From: a virus
Length of the DNA: 64,000 bases
IMG/VR virus record: IMGVR_UViG_3300025237_000002
Coordinates: 1-64,000 of that record
Strand: one strand, 5' to 3'
Position numbers and translations under genes: made by a program. Below, piece by piece: positions 47,610-58,469 of the stretch. The notes under the pieces were generated by a model. The model made no database searches and was not told where the DNA came from. It worked only from the letters and a program-made list of their open reading frames with translations. How positions within the stretch are numbered: the stretch's first letter is position 1; each line of letters opens with the position of its first letter.

Positions 47610-48554
47610 ATGAAAAAATTCGAAGCCGTTAAAGCAATTCAAAGTACTGATGAGAACGTAATGAAATTCGTTTTCACAACCAAAAACGCTGTTGCTGAAG
47701 CAGTGTTGTATAAATACCCGACCTATGAAAAAAGAACGGTAATCTGTTGCTCAACCCAAAGTGGTTGTCCAGTAGGTTGTCGATTTTGTGGTACAGGTGA
47801 CTTCTTTGTTAGGTCATTGAAAGCCGATGAAATTGTTTATCAAGTTGACCATTGTTTAGAGAGTCAAAGTGTTGATGCTAGTAAGATTCAGAATTTCCAA
47901 ATTATGGTTATGTCAATGGGTGAACCAATGCTTAACTATAAGGAGTTAGAGAAAGCTTTTCGTATTTTAAATGAAAAGTATCCACAAGCTAAATTATTAA
48001 TCAGTACAGTAGGTCCAAAGGTGAATTACGAACCTCTTATGGCTCTTGCTGAAGAAATAGATACCATTGGATTACAATTTTCTGTACATGAAAGCACCGA
48101 TGAAAAAAGAGATGCTTTAATCCCATTCAAGAGTAAACTTACCCTTGAAGAAATATCAATGGTTGGTGAAGTGTTTTTAGCTCGTACAGGTCGTAAACCA
48201 TTTTATAATTACTGCGCTCATGATGACAATTCGTCAGATGAAGATGCTGATAGAATTACCGAATTGTTTAACCCTGATGTTTTTGAGGCGACCATTTCAG
48301 TAATTTGTGAAAAAGATGAAAGTGTTTCGGCATCAAATATAAGGCAACAAACCCTAGCCAATGACTTCAACCAAAAACTAACCGATAGAGGGTTCTCAAC
48401 AAGAACATTTGACCCAGCTGGTCAAGATGATATTGGTGGTGGTTGTGGGCAATTATGGTTTGTTCAAGATTGGATGAAAAAGAATCCAGAATATGCGAGA
48501 AAATCAGTAGGATTTGGATTGGAAGATATTCATGCACCACAAGAACTAGAATAA
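47610..48554 (+). CDS. RlmN/Cfr-like radical SAM RNA methyltransferase
   Basis: STQSGCPVGCRFC, MSMGEP, DIGGGCGQL. Confidence 0.88.
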   Translation: MKKFEAVKAIQSTDENVMKFVFTTKNAVAEAVLYKYPTYEKRTVICCSTQSGCPVGCRFCGTGDFFVRSLKADEIVYQVDHCLESQSVDASKIQNFQIMVMSMGEPMLNYKELEKAFRILNEKYPQAKLLISTVGPKVNYEPLMALAEEIDTIGLQFSVHESTDEKRDALIPFKSKLTLEEISMVGEVFLARTGRKPFYNYCAHDDNSSDEDADRITELFNPDVFEATISVICEKDESVSASNIRQQTLANDFNQKLTDRGFSTRTFDPAGQDDIGGGCGQLWFVQDWMKKNPEYARKSVGFGLEDIHAPQELE

Positions 48555-48559
48555 ATCTT

Positions 48560-49093
48560 ATGTTAGATAAATTAAAACAAATAGAGAGTAAAGAATTACG
48601 TGACCTTTTATTGGACTCTGATAACTGGAATACGTTAGATGTGGACTATACACCACCTCGTGTTGAGAGATTATGGATGCAATATGACGATGAACATCGA
48701 TTATTGATACATAAGATTCATCCATGTACCAAAGAGGAAGCGTTATTTCACCCACACCCTTGGAAATCAGCGGTTCACGTACTACCAGTTGGTGGTGGAT
48801 ATGGACATAGTGTTGGTGTTATGAATATGTTTGGTGATAAACATATTCATTGTGAAATGGAGGTTCATGGTGAGATGTATTACGAGATGTTAAAACAGGT
48901 TACTTGTCATTCAGTTAGACCAATAGGTTTTCCAGTTTATACAGTAATGTTGATAGGTAAACCAATCTGGAAATGCAATGAGGAAACGTTTCAATATACC
49001 CTAAAAGTTAAGCCAACTGATTTGAAACCTTTAAACGATAAAGCTAAAAAAGAGCTTTTAGAAGTGGTAAGCAAACACTTTCAATTTAGATAA
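48560..49093 (+). CDS. Cupin-like protein
   Basis: HPHPW and a distal H; likely start ATG at 48560. Confidence 0.45.
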   Translation: MLDKLKQIESKELRDLLLDSDNWNTLDVDYTPPRVERLWMQYDDEHRLLIHKIHPCTKEEALFHPHPWKSAVHVLPVGGGYGHSVGVMNMFGDKHIHCEMEVHGEMYYEMLKQVTCHSVRPIGFPVYTVMLIGKPIWKCNEETFQYTLKVKPTDLKPLNDKAKKELLEVVSKHFQFR

Positions 49094-49454
49094 AATAAGA
49101 TATGAAAAAATTTATAGTAGTAATTAAACAACATGGTGAAGGTTGTGGCTATATGATAGCTTGCGGTCAAAAGACAGTTGAAATAGAGGCTAAGGATATC
49201 GAACAAGCTGGTCAGAGATTCATTTCAATGATGAGATGTTTTGAGGATGATGACGTATCTTGGACTAAAGATTATGGTGGTTATTATGATGAAAATTCAT
49301 TAGAAAGTGCTGTTATACATGAGGTTATTGATACTAAAAAAATTGACACTGCTGGTGTTTATGCAGCGTTAGTAACTGAGGAATGTAAAGCATTAGTTGC
49401 TGAACAAAATAAGGCTGAAAAGGTAGAGTATGAACGTTTAAAAAAGAAATTTGG

Positions 49455-49838
49455 ATGAAAAATATATTTAAGAATAACTTTGGATTAACTAAGTCTAAAT
49501 TTAAAGGAAGTGGTAAAAGTACTATCTCAATAAATGGTAAATCCTATGTTGGAAATAACGTTACCGTTGCTGGTAATAAGGTCTACATCGATGGTAAATT
49601 ATCGGACGGTGAAGAGTCTAAAGAAATCACTATTATTGTTGATGGAAACATAGATAAATTAGATGTTGACGTAGCTAATCAAATTAGAGTTAATGGTGAT
49701 GTTAAATCACTTAAAACAACTTCAGGTGATGTAGAGGTTTATGGTAATGTTGATGGAAACGTTAAAACTATGAGTGGTGACGTAGAATGCAAATCGATTG
49801 CTGGTGACGTAGAAACAATGAGTGGAGATATAAATTAA
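49455..49838 (+). CDS. Beta-repeat protein (DUF4097-like)
   Basis: Repeated GNVKTMSGDV-type units. Confidence 0.6.
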   Translation: MKNIFKNNFGLTKSKFKGSGKSTISINGKSYVGNNVTVAGNKVYIDGKLSDGEESKEITIIVDGNIDKLDVDVANQIRVNGDVKSLKTTSGDVEVYGNVDGNVKTMSGDVECKSIAGDVETMSGDIN

Positions 49839-49843
49839 AGAAA

Positions 49844-50533
49844 ATGAAAATAGCCGTATTTACTGGAGCTGGAATCAGCCAAGAAAGTGGGATAGCCACT
49901 TATAGAGACCATGAAGATGGTATGTGGTATGAGTATCATACTGAGGAAGTTGCAAGCGCAGAAGCTTGGAAGAATACACCTGAAAAGGTATTAGAATTTC
50001 ATAATGTTATGCGTGGAAAGTGTCGTAATGTAGAAGCTAATATAGCCCACGAAGCTCTAGCTAAACTTGAAGAGAAACACGAGGTTACGATTGTAACCCA
50101 AAACGTTGATGACTTACACGAGAAAGGTGGTTCAACCAACGTATTACATATTCATGGTGAGATAATGAAAGGTAGAGATAGCTTTGATAAAATATTAGAC
50201 CTTGAAGGTGATTTGAATATAGGTGACAAAGATGAATATGGTGAACAAATCCGACCACATACCGTTTTATTCGGTGAAGAACCATTTCATTGGTTTGAGG
50301 CTTTGAATGCAATCAACGATGCTGACGTATTTTTGATTATAGGAACATCATTCTCAATAGGTTACACAATGTTCATATTAGGTGCTTGTAAGTCTGATTG
50401 TAAAGTGATTTACATTGACCCTAAACCAGATTTAGGTATTCACCATGCTGGTAGTGATGATGTTGAGTTGATATATGCTAAGGCGACTAAAGGAGTGCCA
50501 GCAACAGTAGATAAATTAATGAAAAATACTTAA
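49844..50533 (+). CDS. cobB: Sir2/CobB NAD-dependent deacylase
   Basis: GAGISQESG, TQNVDDLHE, HIHG, RP.TVLFGE, IGTS. Confidence 0.92.
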   Translation: MKIAVFTGAGISQESGIATYRDHEDGMWYEYHTEEVASAEAWKNTPEKVLEFHNVMRGKCRNVEANIAHEALAKLEEKHEVTIVTQNVDDLHEKGGSTNVLHIHGEIMKGRDSFDKILDLEGDLNIGDKDEYGEQIRPHTVLFGEEPFHWFEALNAINDADVFLIIGTSFSIGYTMFILGACKSDCKVIYIDPKPDLGIHHAGSDDVELIYAKATKGVPATVDKLMKNT

Positions 50534-50576
50534 CGATTCGTTAGGTTATATCAATTATGTTTAGTATCTTTGTCGT

Positions 50577-51446
50577 ATGAAACACATCGTAAGAATTGCT
50601 CCGTCACCGACTGGACAATTACATATAGGAACATTAAGGACTGCGTATTTTAATTGGTTGATAGCCAATCAAAATCCCGACAGCACATTCATTGTGCGAA
50701 TCGATGACACAGATTTATCTCGTTCTCAAGATGACCTCATTCAACCAATATTTGATTCCTTAACCAGTTATGGTTTAAAATGGGATTTAACATTCAGACA
50801 ATCAAGTAGATTTAGTCGATACCAAGATTTGGCACAAGACTTAATCAACAGTGGTAAAGCTATTAGAAGTGATGGTGCCGTTATGTTAAATAATGTACAC
50901 GCATATAGTTTAGATGCTGATGATGCAGATTTAAAATGGACTGATACCATCACAGGACCTAAAACTAAGATATCACCAGATTTGGGTTTCTTAATAAGAA
51001 ACCAAGTGATTATCAAAAGTGATGGTTCGCCAACATATAATTTCGCAAGTGCGGTTGATGATATGGATTATGGTGTAACTTGGATTGTTAGAGGTACTGA
51101 CCATATAGTTAATACCTATAAGCAAGTAATCTTCTTTAACTTATTTGGAAAGCCATTACCATTATTTACACACGTAGGTTTGGTTTGTCATCCATCAGGA
51201 AAGAAGGTATCAAAGAGAGATAGTGATTCAATGGATTTATCACAATACATCCCTGATGCATTATTAAACTACGTATTACGACTTGGATGGTCACCAAGTC
51301 AAGACGACAAAACTAATAATATAATTCCAATGGACAAAGCAATTAACTTGTTTTTATCTGGTGGTAAAATGAGAGCACCTAACAGTAAATTAGATTTAAC
51401 TAAATTACAATGGTACAATAAAAAATACACAAATGGCAATAATTAA
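50577..51446 (+). CDS. Glutamyl-tRNA synthetase catalytic domain only (GluQ-like architecture)
   Basis: RIAPSPTG.LHIGT, RIDDTD, VRGTDH, KVSKR; 289 aa with no anticodon-binding domain. Confidence 0.85.
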   Translation: MKHIVRIAPSPTGQLHIGTLRTAYFNWLIANQNPDSTFIVRIDDTDLSRSQDDLIQPIFDSLTSYGLKWDLTFRQSSRFSRYQDLAQDLINSGKAIRSDGAVMLNNVHAYSLDADDADLKWTDTITGPKTKISPDLGFLIRNQVIIKSDGSPTYNFASAVDDMDYGVTWIVRGTDHIVNTYKQVIFFNLFGKPLPLFTHVGLVCHPSGKKVSKRDSDSMDLSQYIPDALLNYVLRLGWSPSQDDKTNNIIPMDKAINLFLSGGKMRAPNSKLDLTKLQWYNKKYTNGNN

Positions 51447-52010
51447 ATTTAACCTTGAAGCTAAACATCTAATCTTACTAAAGTTTTTAGATTGGGAACT
51501 CATCAAAGATGATAATAATAAACTAAGTACAGTAATTGAAGAAGGGGCAACAACACCATTTGGTGGAATTAGCTTGGTTGAAGATATTGGTGTTATGATT
51601 TTTGGTAAACCAGAGGGTGACTTTGACCCAATTAATGAATATGGAACTCAATACTCTGACGAACAAGAGCGTGAGATTGGAAGGTTATTTTCAGAATTAC
51701 CGATGGCATTGGAGATAGTTTTATTTCTTCAGACATTTGAAGTTGGGGTTTACAAAAGAAAGTGGAACCTTAAAAATTGGAAAAAGATATGAAAATAAAT
51801 AATTGTATGAATTGTGGAACAGAGCAACAACTAGTAGATGTTGACGAGTTTTATTGTGAAAGATGTGGGGCTAATAATCGAGCTGATGGGTGGTGTGAAC
51901 AACCTGACCCACAAGAGTCTGAAAGACAACAAGATTTTTATGATAATGGACACGATTATAGAGACAAACAAGATTTTGAAAGAGGTAGAAATTAATTTTA
52001 AATAAGATAT

Positions 52011-52973
52011 ATGAAAATAGATTCAGTAATTATTAATTTGAACCAAAGCGATAGTCTTATCAATAAAGTCTATGAACGATTAGCTGCAATGAGACATAAA
52101 GTACCAATGGGTAAAGCCAACATTCAGGTATTTTCTGATGGTGAAACTTGCGTTGATTTCTCAACACCAGTTCGTGGTAAAAGAGTTTTCTTAGTGACAT
52201 CACCTAATTCACCTTTAAAACGTGAACAATTGAATTTTGCAATTGATGCTGCTAGAAGAGCAAGTGCGGTTGAAATAATTCCTATCTTACCATATTTTCC
52301 ATATGCTAGACAAGATAAACGTGACCAACGTAGAGGACCAATAGGTGCTAGGGTTTACGCTGATTCATTACAAGATGTTGGCGCAACGTCAATCATCACA
52401 TTTGATTTACATTCAGACCAAATAGAAGGTTTCTTCAAAATACCTGTAATTCATTTAAGAGGTAAGTATTTGTTCTGTGAATTTATACACGAAATTAGCG
52501 ATGTTAACACCGTTTTATGTTCACCCGATGCTGGTGGGTTAAAACGTGTTAAAAAGATTAGAGACCGTATATATGAGAAGTATGATAACAAAATGTCATT
52601 CGTTTCAATAGACAAAACTAGAACACAAGCCAATAAGACTGATAGTGTTGAAATATTAGGTGAGGTTAAAGGTAAAAATGTTATCATGATTGATGATATG
52701 TGTGATACTGGTGGTACTTTGATTAAGGGTGCTGAGGCTTTGATAAACGCTGGGGCAACTTCAGTAAAAGTACTAGTAACTCACGCAATATTAAGTGGTG
52801 ACGCAAGTCTTAACTTGGGTGCATCAATAATAGAACAATTTATATGTTCAGATTCACTTACCCATAGGGGTGTAGGTTCTGATATGGACGGAAAAATGAA
52901 AGTAATATCAACTGCAACTGACTTAGCAAATGCTATTGTTAGTATCAATGTTGATGGAAGTATAAACCGATAA
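52011..52973 (+). CDS. prs: Ribose-phosphate pyrophosphokinase-like protein
   Basis: FSDGE, PYFPYARQDK, DLHSDQ, SPDAGG, IDDMCDTGGT. Confidence 0.9.
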   Translation: MKIDSVIINLNQSDSLINKVYERLAAMRHKVPMGKANIQVFSDGETCVDFSTPVRGKRVFLVTSPNSPLKREQLNFAIDAARRASAVEIIPILPYFPYARQDKRDQRRGPIGARVYADSLQDVGATSIITFDLHSDQIEGFFKIPVIHLRGKYLFCEFIHEISDVNTVLCSPDAGGLKRVKKIRDRIYEKYDNKMSFVSIDKTRTQANKTDSVEILGEVKGKNVIMIDDMCDTGGTLIKGAEALINAGATSVKVLVTHAILSGDASLNLGASIIEQFICSDSLTHRGVGSDMDGKMKVISTATDLANAIVSINVDGSINR

Positions 52974-53640
52974 AATATGATGTGGAAAATACCAAAAATG
53001 TGGAGGTGGAGAATAAATAAAATTTGGACAGATTTTTGGTATAATTATCATCCAGACCCAAATCCAAAATATGGTGGAAGAAGCCGTAGTTATTATACTT
53101 TTAGAGAATCAAGACTTGCATTAGTGATAGCAATAATAACAATGGTAATAATAATATTTACACTATGAAAACATTTAATTTAAGAATTTTATTCCCATCA
53201 TCGAATAAGTATAAAACTGGTAAGTCATACACTGAGAGCATTTATGCTACGAATGTGCGTTATCATGACACACATTTAGAATTTTGGGATAACGAATCAC
53301 AATGTGTAATAGCTTCATACCCATCACAATATACTATTATAGAAAGTATTGAAGATGATGATATGGACACAAATTAAACGATATGGAAGTACATGAATTG
53401 ATTGCAAAATTACAAAAATGTGACCCTCACGCAACGGTCATAAGAACATCATCTAATTTTGAATTGAATGGTGCTAGTGTTAAAGCTAGTGGTGTTCATG
53501 AAAGTAAAACTGGTGAGAAGCGTCAAACGAATTGTCGTGATGCTTTTGATGGTACAGAATACACTACCGAAACTTGGAGTACCTTTGGTGGCGAAGAATC
53601 GATAATTTCAATAAGTTAACAGTAAAATTAGTACAAACAA

Positions 53641-54642
53641 ATGAGTAGGAGAAATAAATTAATACAAGAATTAGAATTCTCTATTAGAAAAGCTAGGGGT
53701 AACCCACATCTTTCAAAGCTGCAATTAGATATGATTGATGTATCTGAAAAAGTATTAAACAATTATAAAGGAATTGAAGCTATTGAAGCTGAACTTGTGC
53801 AGAAAAAAATGGCTAAAAAATTTGGAGTACAGAAAACAAACAAACAAATGAATAATTTAATAGGTGTTAGTGGTAAAATAAAGGATGGAAAAGACCTTGT
53901 AGGAGAAATGCTTCTATATATAGGTGATAATGTTGGTGAGCCAACATACGAAGGGTTTGAACTGTATGTTAATTTGGACCCAAGATATACAATTAAGAAG
54001 TGTGCGGATAAACTTAAAGATGCCATATGTGTGATATTAGGATGCACAAGAGCACAGCTTGAAGATAGAGATTATAAGGAAAAGGAATTGAGTGAAGAAT
54101 GGTGGTGCTACCAATTAGGTGATGGTACGCTACTACCAAGAGGGTACTACCCCAATAAACCCGATAATGATATGTGTGAAGAACGATATCTAGTTAAATT
54201 AACACCTAGAAAAATACTACAAATATTTGGTACTCAAGGTGGTAGAATGGTAGTTCATCCTAACATATGGGTCAACGCATTATTTGCTGATTATAATTCT
54301 TATTCGGCTAGAGGTAGTGAATATGAATTTGAGAAATCACATTGGATTATAACGGATATTAGGTTTCCAGAGAATGAAGGTAAAGCCGTATCAAGTAGAG
54401 GTGGTTTGCTGATTGGAATTAAGAGATTATTTAATTTAAGATTTCCAGAATATACAGAATTAAACGATGCGGAGGGTTATGATATCCCTGAAGAATTGGG
54501 GGTAGTTAATCCTGAGTTATATAAAAACTTAATGCATGAATCAGAAACTTCAATGGGTGACCATAGTTGGTGTGATGTAATTATTGAAAATAATGGAACT
54601 ATTGAAGAATTATTTAATAACGTTTTAAAAGCAGTACAATGA
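53641..54642 (+). CDS. Deoxynucleoside monophosphate kinase-like protein
   Basis: GVSGKIKDGKD, ADKLK, PRKILQIFGT, ITDIRFPENE, HESE, IENNGT. Confidence 0.8.
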   Translation: MSRRNKLIQELEFSIRKARGNPHLSKLQLDMIDVSEKVLNNYKGIEAIEAELVQKKMAKKFGVQKTNKQMNNLIGVSGKIKDGKDLVGEMLLYIGDNVGEPTYEGFELYVNLDPRYTIKKCADKLKDAICVILGCTRAQLEDRDYKEKELSEEWWCYQLGDGTLLPRGYYPNKPDNDMCEERYLVKLTPRKILQIFGTQGGRMVVHPNIWVNALFADYNSYSARGSEYEFEKSHWIITDIRFPENEGKAVSSRGGLLIGIKRLFNLRFPEYTELNDAEGYDIPEELGVVNPELYKNLMHESETSMGDHSWCDVIIENNGTIEELFNNVLKAVQ

Positions 54643-54835
54643 TAGACATGAAACCATTTCCATATGTATTACCTTTAGATAAACATACTGACTTTGAAAA
54701 ATATATTATTTTAGAACAAATTAAAGTTTTAGAGCCATTAGGTTTTACTGAATTAGAAATGTTAGATGGATTTAGTGGATTATCAGATGTTTATACGTTT
54801 GAACAATTAAAAGAACTTTGTAAAGATTGGAATAA

Positions 54836-56081
54836 ATGGGAAAAAGAATTATAGTAATAGGTGGTGGGACATTTGAACCCATCAGGAATCATTTAAGTTT
54901 ATGCGCACCAGCATTTGGTGTTACAGCTAGACATATACATAAACGTTTAGAGGGTGCTGAATTACACTTGACTAAGATGTGTGATTGGCGTTCACCGTTG
55001 GTGACCAATGATGACGTTGAAGAGTTTATTGATGAATTAATTGAAGATAAAACCGTTGGATGAATTAATTGAAGATAAAACCGTTGGAACTATCGTAATG
55101 AATGTAGCTTTATGTGATTTTAAAGCGTTACCGATTGATGAGAATGAGAATGGGTGGCATGGTAAACGTTTAAAGACATCTGAGGGTGATTTAACGATTA
55201 CTTTAACCCCAACTGATAAAATCATAAGTAAGATTAGAAAGGCACGCCCTGACATCTTCCTTGTAGGTTTTAAGACAACAACCAATGAAACGTCAAACGA
55301 CCAATTTCTTATTGCGTTGAAGATGATGAAGTCATCCAAATGTAACTTGGTGTTGGCAAATGATACGGTTACTAGAAACAATATGATTATCACTCCAGAA
55401 GAAACTATCTATGGTGAAACTGTTCTTAGATATTCAGTAATTGAAGAGTTGTGTGAGATGATTGAAATGAGGCAGAGTCTTACGTATCATAGAGGTGAGT
55501 TTATTGTAGGTAAAGATATTCCATTTGAAAATGCACCTGAAAACTTTAAAGAGGTTATGGGATTTTTACTTGATAATGGTGGTTATATAGAGAATAATGG
55601 CAATGGGTTCACACCAGGTCATTTTTGCTATAGAAGTGATGTATTTGAATCCAATGATTTTATATCTTCACAAAGACTTGTCAATCATAATGATGTGAGA
55701 GAAAATGGGATGACCTATGTAACAACTGCTGGAATGTGTAAATCTTTCACGTATTTAGGAAGTAAAAAAGCTTCAGTTGGTGCTAGAAGTCAAGCGTTAT
55801 TACTTAGTGAGAATCCAGAGTATGACTTTATTGTACACACTCACAACCCATTAAAGAAAGATAGTTTAATCCCTATAACACCACAGAAACCATTTCAATG
55901 CGGTTCTATAGAATGTGGTGTAAACACATTGAATCATTTAGGTGATTTCAACGATAGAAATATCAAAGCTGTGTTCCTAGAAAAGCATGGTATTAATATG
56001 TTGTTTAAGAAAACAACAAAATCTGAGGACGTAATAGAATTCCTCAAAAATAATATAGAATTAGGAGTGAAAATACGGTAA
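54836..56081 (+). pseudogene. CoaB/DFP-like ligase fused to a class II aldolase-like domain, frameshifted by a 28-bp duplication
   Basis: GGGTFEPI, AFG, VALCDF, LVGFKTT, VLAND; C-terminal VHTH, CGS, HG. Confidence 0.7.
55031..55086 (+). repeat. Perfect 28-bp tandem duplication GATGAATTAATTGAAGATAAAACCGTTG
   Basis: Copies at 55031-55058 and 55059-55086. Confidence 0.95.
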
Positions 56082-56944
56082 CATGAGTGAGTTTACAAGA
56101 GAAGAATATCAGAATCATTATGATAATATTACAGATGAAATTAAAGCATTAAATAAGAAAAAAAAAGTGTGGGTTGACCACGTTGAATCTAAAGGTTTTG
56201 ATTTAATAAAAGGTGAATTTGTGAAGCAAAAAAAGTGATATGGATAAAATAGAAACAGATTTTTATAAGAAATATGTGGGTAATTACGCTAAGAGATTTT
56301 ACACTCCATTTAAAGAAGAAAACATATTAAAAATAGTTGGATTTAAAATGGATAAAGGTGAAGCATTTATTGAAGTTGAGCAAGAAGGAAATAAATGGTT
56401 CTGGGATATGGACGATAGTGTTATCATAACAAATGAGCCATTAGAAGAAGATATCGACAGGGTTGCAAATGTCAAACATTTGCAATATAATGGTTGGAAT
56501 CCATTTCAATAAAAATGATAAAAACCTTGATTTTAATGGTCTTTTACTAGATTTTTTGATATTTATAGTATAGGGAATTAACAACAAAAACAGTTTTAAA
56601 TATATGAAATTATTAGTCATTATGGATAGCGATGGGCACTTCAAAGTCGCACATCCAACCGATAGGAAAGCAACAGTTAAATTATTACAAGACATCAGCG
56701 ATGGTGATTACTATCACGATATCGTTGGTAGCTATGATGATATCGAATATGTTGATATGTGTTGTAAAGATTGGAACGATTTCATAAGTGAATTCATTCA
56801 AAGAGGTACGTTAGAATATGTTGAAATATCTGATACTGTACCAGTTGGATGTAAATGTGAAAAAACATCATAATAAATTAGATTTAACCAAAAAATAATC
56901 GTAAATTTACATTTACTTTAACAAAAAAAATACTATATTAAGAT

Positions 56945-57487
56945 ATGAATAAAAATGAAATTACAAAAGTTTCTGTCTTCGACTTTGACGGAACTTTAAT
57001 AGATACTACAATGCCTGAAATTGGTAAAGAGATGTGGAAAAAAGCCACTGGCGAAGACTTCCCTCACAAAGGGTGGTGGTCTAAGCGAGAGTCTTTAGAT
57101 ATTAACATTTATCCTAACAATGTCTTTGATGATATCCTAGCAGAATTCAACAAAGCCAAAGGTAATGCAAATACGTTTGTTGCCTTATGTACAGGTAGAA
57201 TTACACCATTAACAAATCAAGTAAAAGCCATCTTAGATAAACATAATTTGGTATTTGATGATGTTGTATTGACTGGTGATAAAAGGTTTAACAATGGTGC
57301 TAGTGATACATTAACATTTAAAATAAATTATTTATCATCTTTGCAAGACCAATTCCCTAATTTAGAGATGATTGAGTTCTTTGATGATAGAGACCATCAC
57401 CAAGCGACATTCCAACAATGGGGTAAGTTGCAACCAATACCAGTACATATTCATCACGTTCAACGTGATAGTGATAGCAGTCATTAA
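56945..57487 (+). CDS. HAD phosphatase (Swiss-Army-Knife RNA-repair-like)
   Basis: VFDFDGTL, WWS...SL, CTGR, FFDDR. Confidence 0.75.
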   Translation: MNKNEITKVSVFDFDGTLIDTTMPEIGKEMWKKATGEDFPHKGWWSKRESLDINIYPNNVFDDILAEFNKAKGNANTFVALCTGRITPLTNQVKAILDKHNLVFDDVVLTGDKRFNNGASDTLTFKINYLSSLQDQFPNLEMIEFFDDRDHHQATFQQWGKLQPIPVHIHHVQRDSDSSH

Positions 57488-57550
57488 TCAGTACGTAAGT
57501 ACACCATTAATCAGTACGTAAGTACACCATTAATCAGTGCGTTAGCACAT
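57482..57550 (+). repeat. Three tandem 23-bp hairpin repeats upstream of the sigma gene
   Basis: CATTAATCAGTACGTAAGTACAC x2 plus CATTAATCAGTGCGTTAGCACAT. Confidence 0.9.
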
Positions 57551-57576
57551 CCCCAAATCAAAGAAAAAATAAACAA

Positions 57577-58434
57577 ATGAAACAATTTAAAATTCAATCG
57601 ACTATTACTAGTCGAGGTACCAATGCATTAAAAGCTTATTTTAATGATATCAAGCAAATCAAAATACTAACATCAGAAGAAGAATACGAAATTGCTTACC
57701 TAGCTCATGAAGGTGATGAAAAAGCTAGGCAAGACCTTGTAAGACATAACCTACGTTTCGTAGTATCTGTTGCAAAACAATACGAAACATCAACCCTAAA
57801 ACTTGAGGATTTAATCAATGAAGGTAATGTTGGTTTAGTGATTGCATCAACGAAATTCGACCCTTCAAGAGGTTTTAAGTTTCTATCATACGCTGTATGG
57901 TGGATTAGACGTTATATCTTAGCTTACATATCTGATAACGGTAAAACTATCAGAATTCCTAACAACAAAATCAACATCATTACTAAACTTAAAAGTAAGT
58001 ATGTTGCGTTAGAACAAAGGTTACAACGTGAACCAAGCTATAACGAACTTGTAGAGTACGTTAGCCCTGATTTTAACGAAGATGAAGTACATTACTTTTT
58101 TATGTCAAGAGATAATTACACCTCATCATTAGATGCACAAGTTGGACATGATGACTTTGGTAGCAATACTTTAGCTGATACAATTGAAGATAATACTGTA
58201 ATTAAGACTTCACACTATGTAGACGAACTAGATAGTGAATATAGAAAAAATACGATGCTAAACCTATTGGATAAAGACATTGAAAGAGAAGTTATTAGGT
58301 TAGCGTTTGGTTTAGATGGTCAATCACCATTACCATTAAAAACCATTGCGTTCTTATTAGGAGTTACTAGTGAGAGAGTTAGACAAGTTAAAGAAATATC
58401 TTTAAGACAATTAAAAATAAAACTAAGTAATTAG
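57577..58434 (+). CDS. RpoD/SigA-family sigma factor lacking region 1.1 (Bacteroidota primary-sigma type)
   Basis: NLRFVVSVAKQY, DLINEGNVGL, FDPSRGFKFLSYAVWWIR, TSERVRQ. Confidence 0.93.
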   Translation: MKQFKIQSTITSRGTNALKAYFNDIKQIKILTSEEEYEIAYLAHEGDEKARQDLVRHNLRFVVSVAKQYETSTLKLEDLINEGNVGLVIASTKFDPSRGFKFLSYAVWWIRRYILAYISDNGKTIRIPNNKINIITKLKSKYVALEQRLQREPSYNELVEYVSPDFNEDEVHYFFMSRDNYTSSLDAQVGHDDFGSNTLADTIEDNTVIKTSHYVDELDSEYRKNTMLNLLDKDIEREVIRLAFGLDGQSPLPLKTIAFLLGVTSERVRQVKEISLRQLKIKLSN

Positions 58435-58469
58435 TATATCTCAATAAATTTTATTATCTTTGTCCCTAT

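Noticed and set aside
57482-57550. Possible CRISPR array
   Set aside because: Repeats are directly adjacent with no spacers, and there are no cas genes in the window
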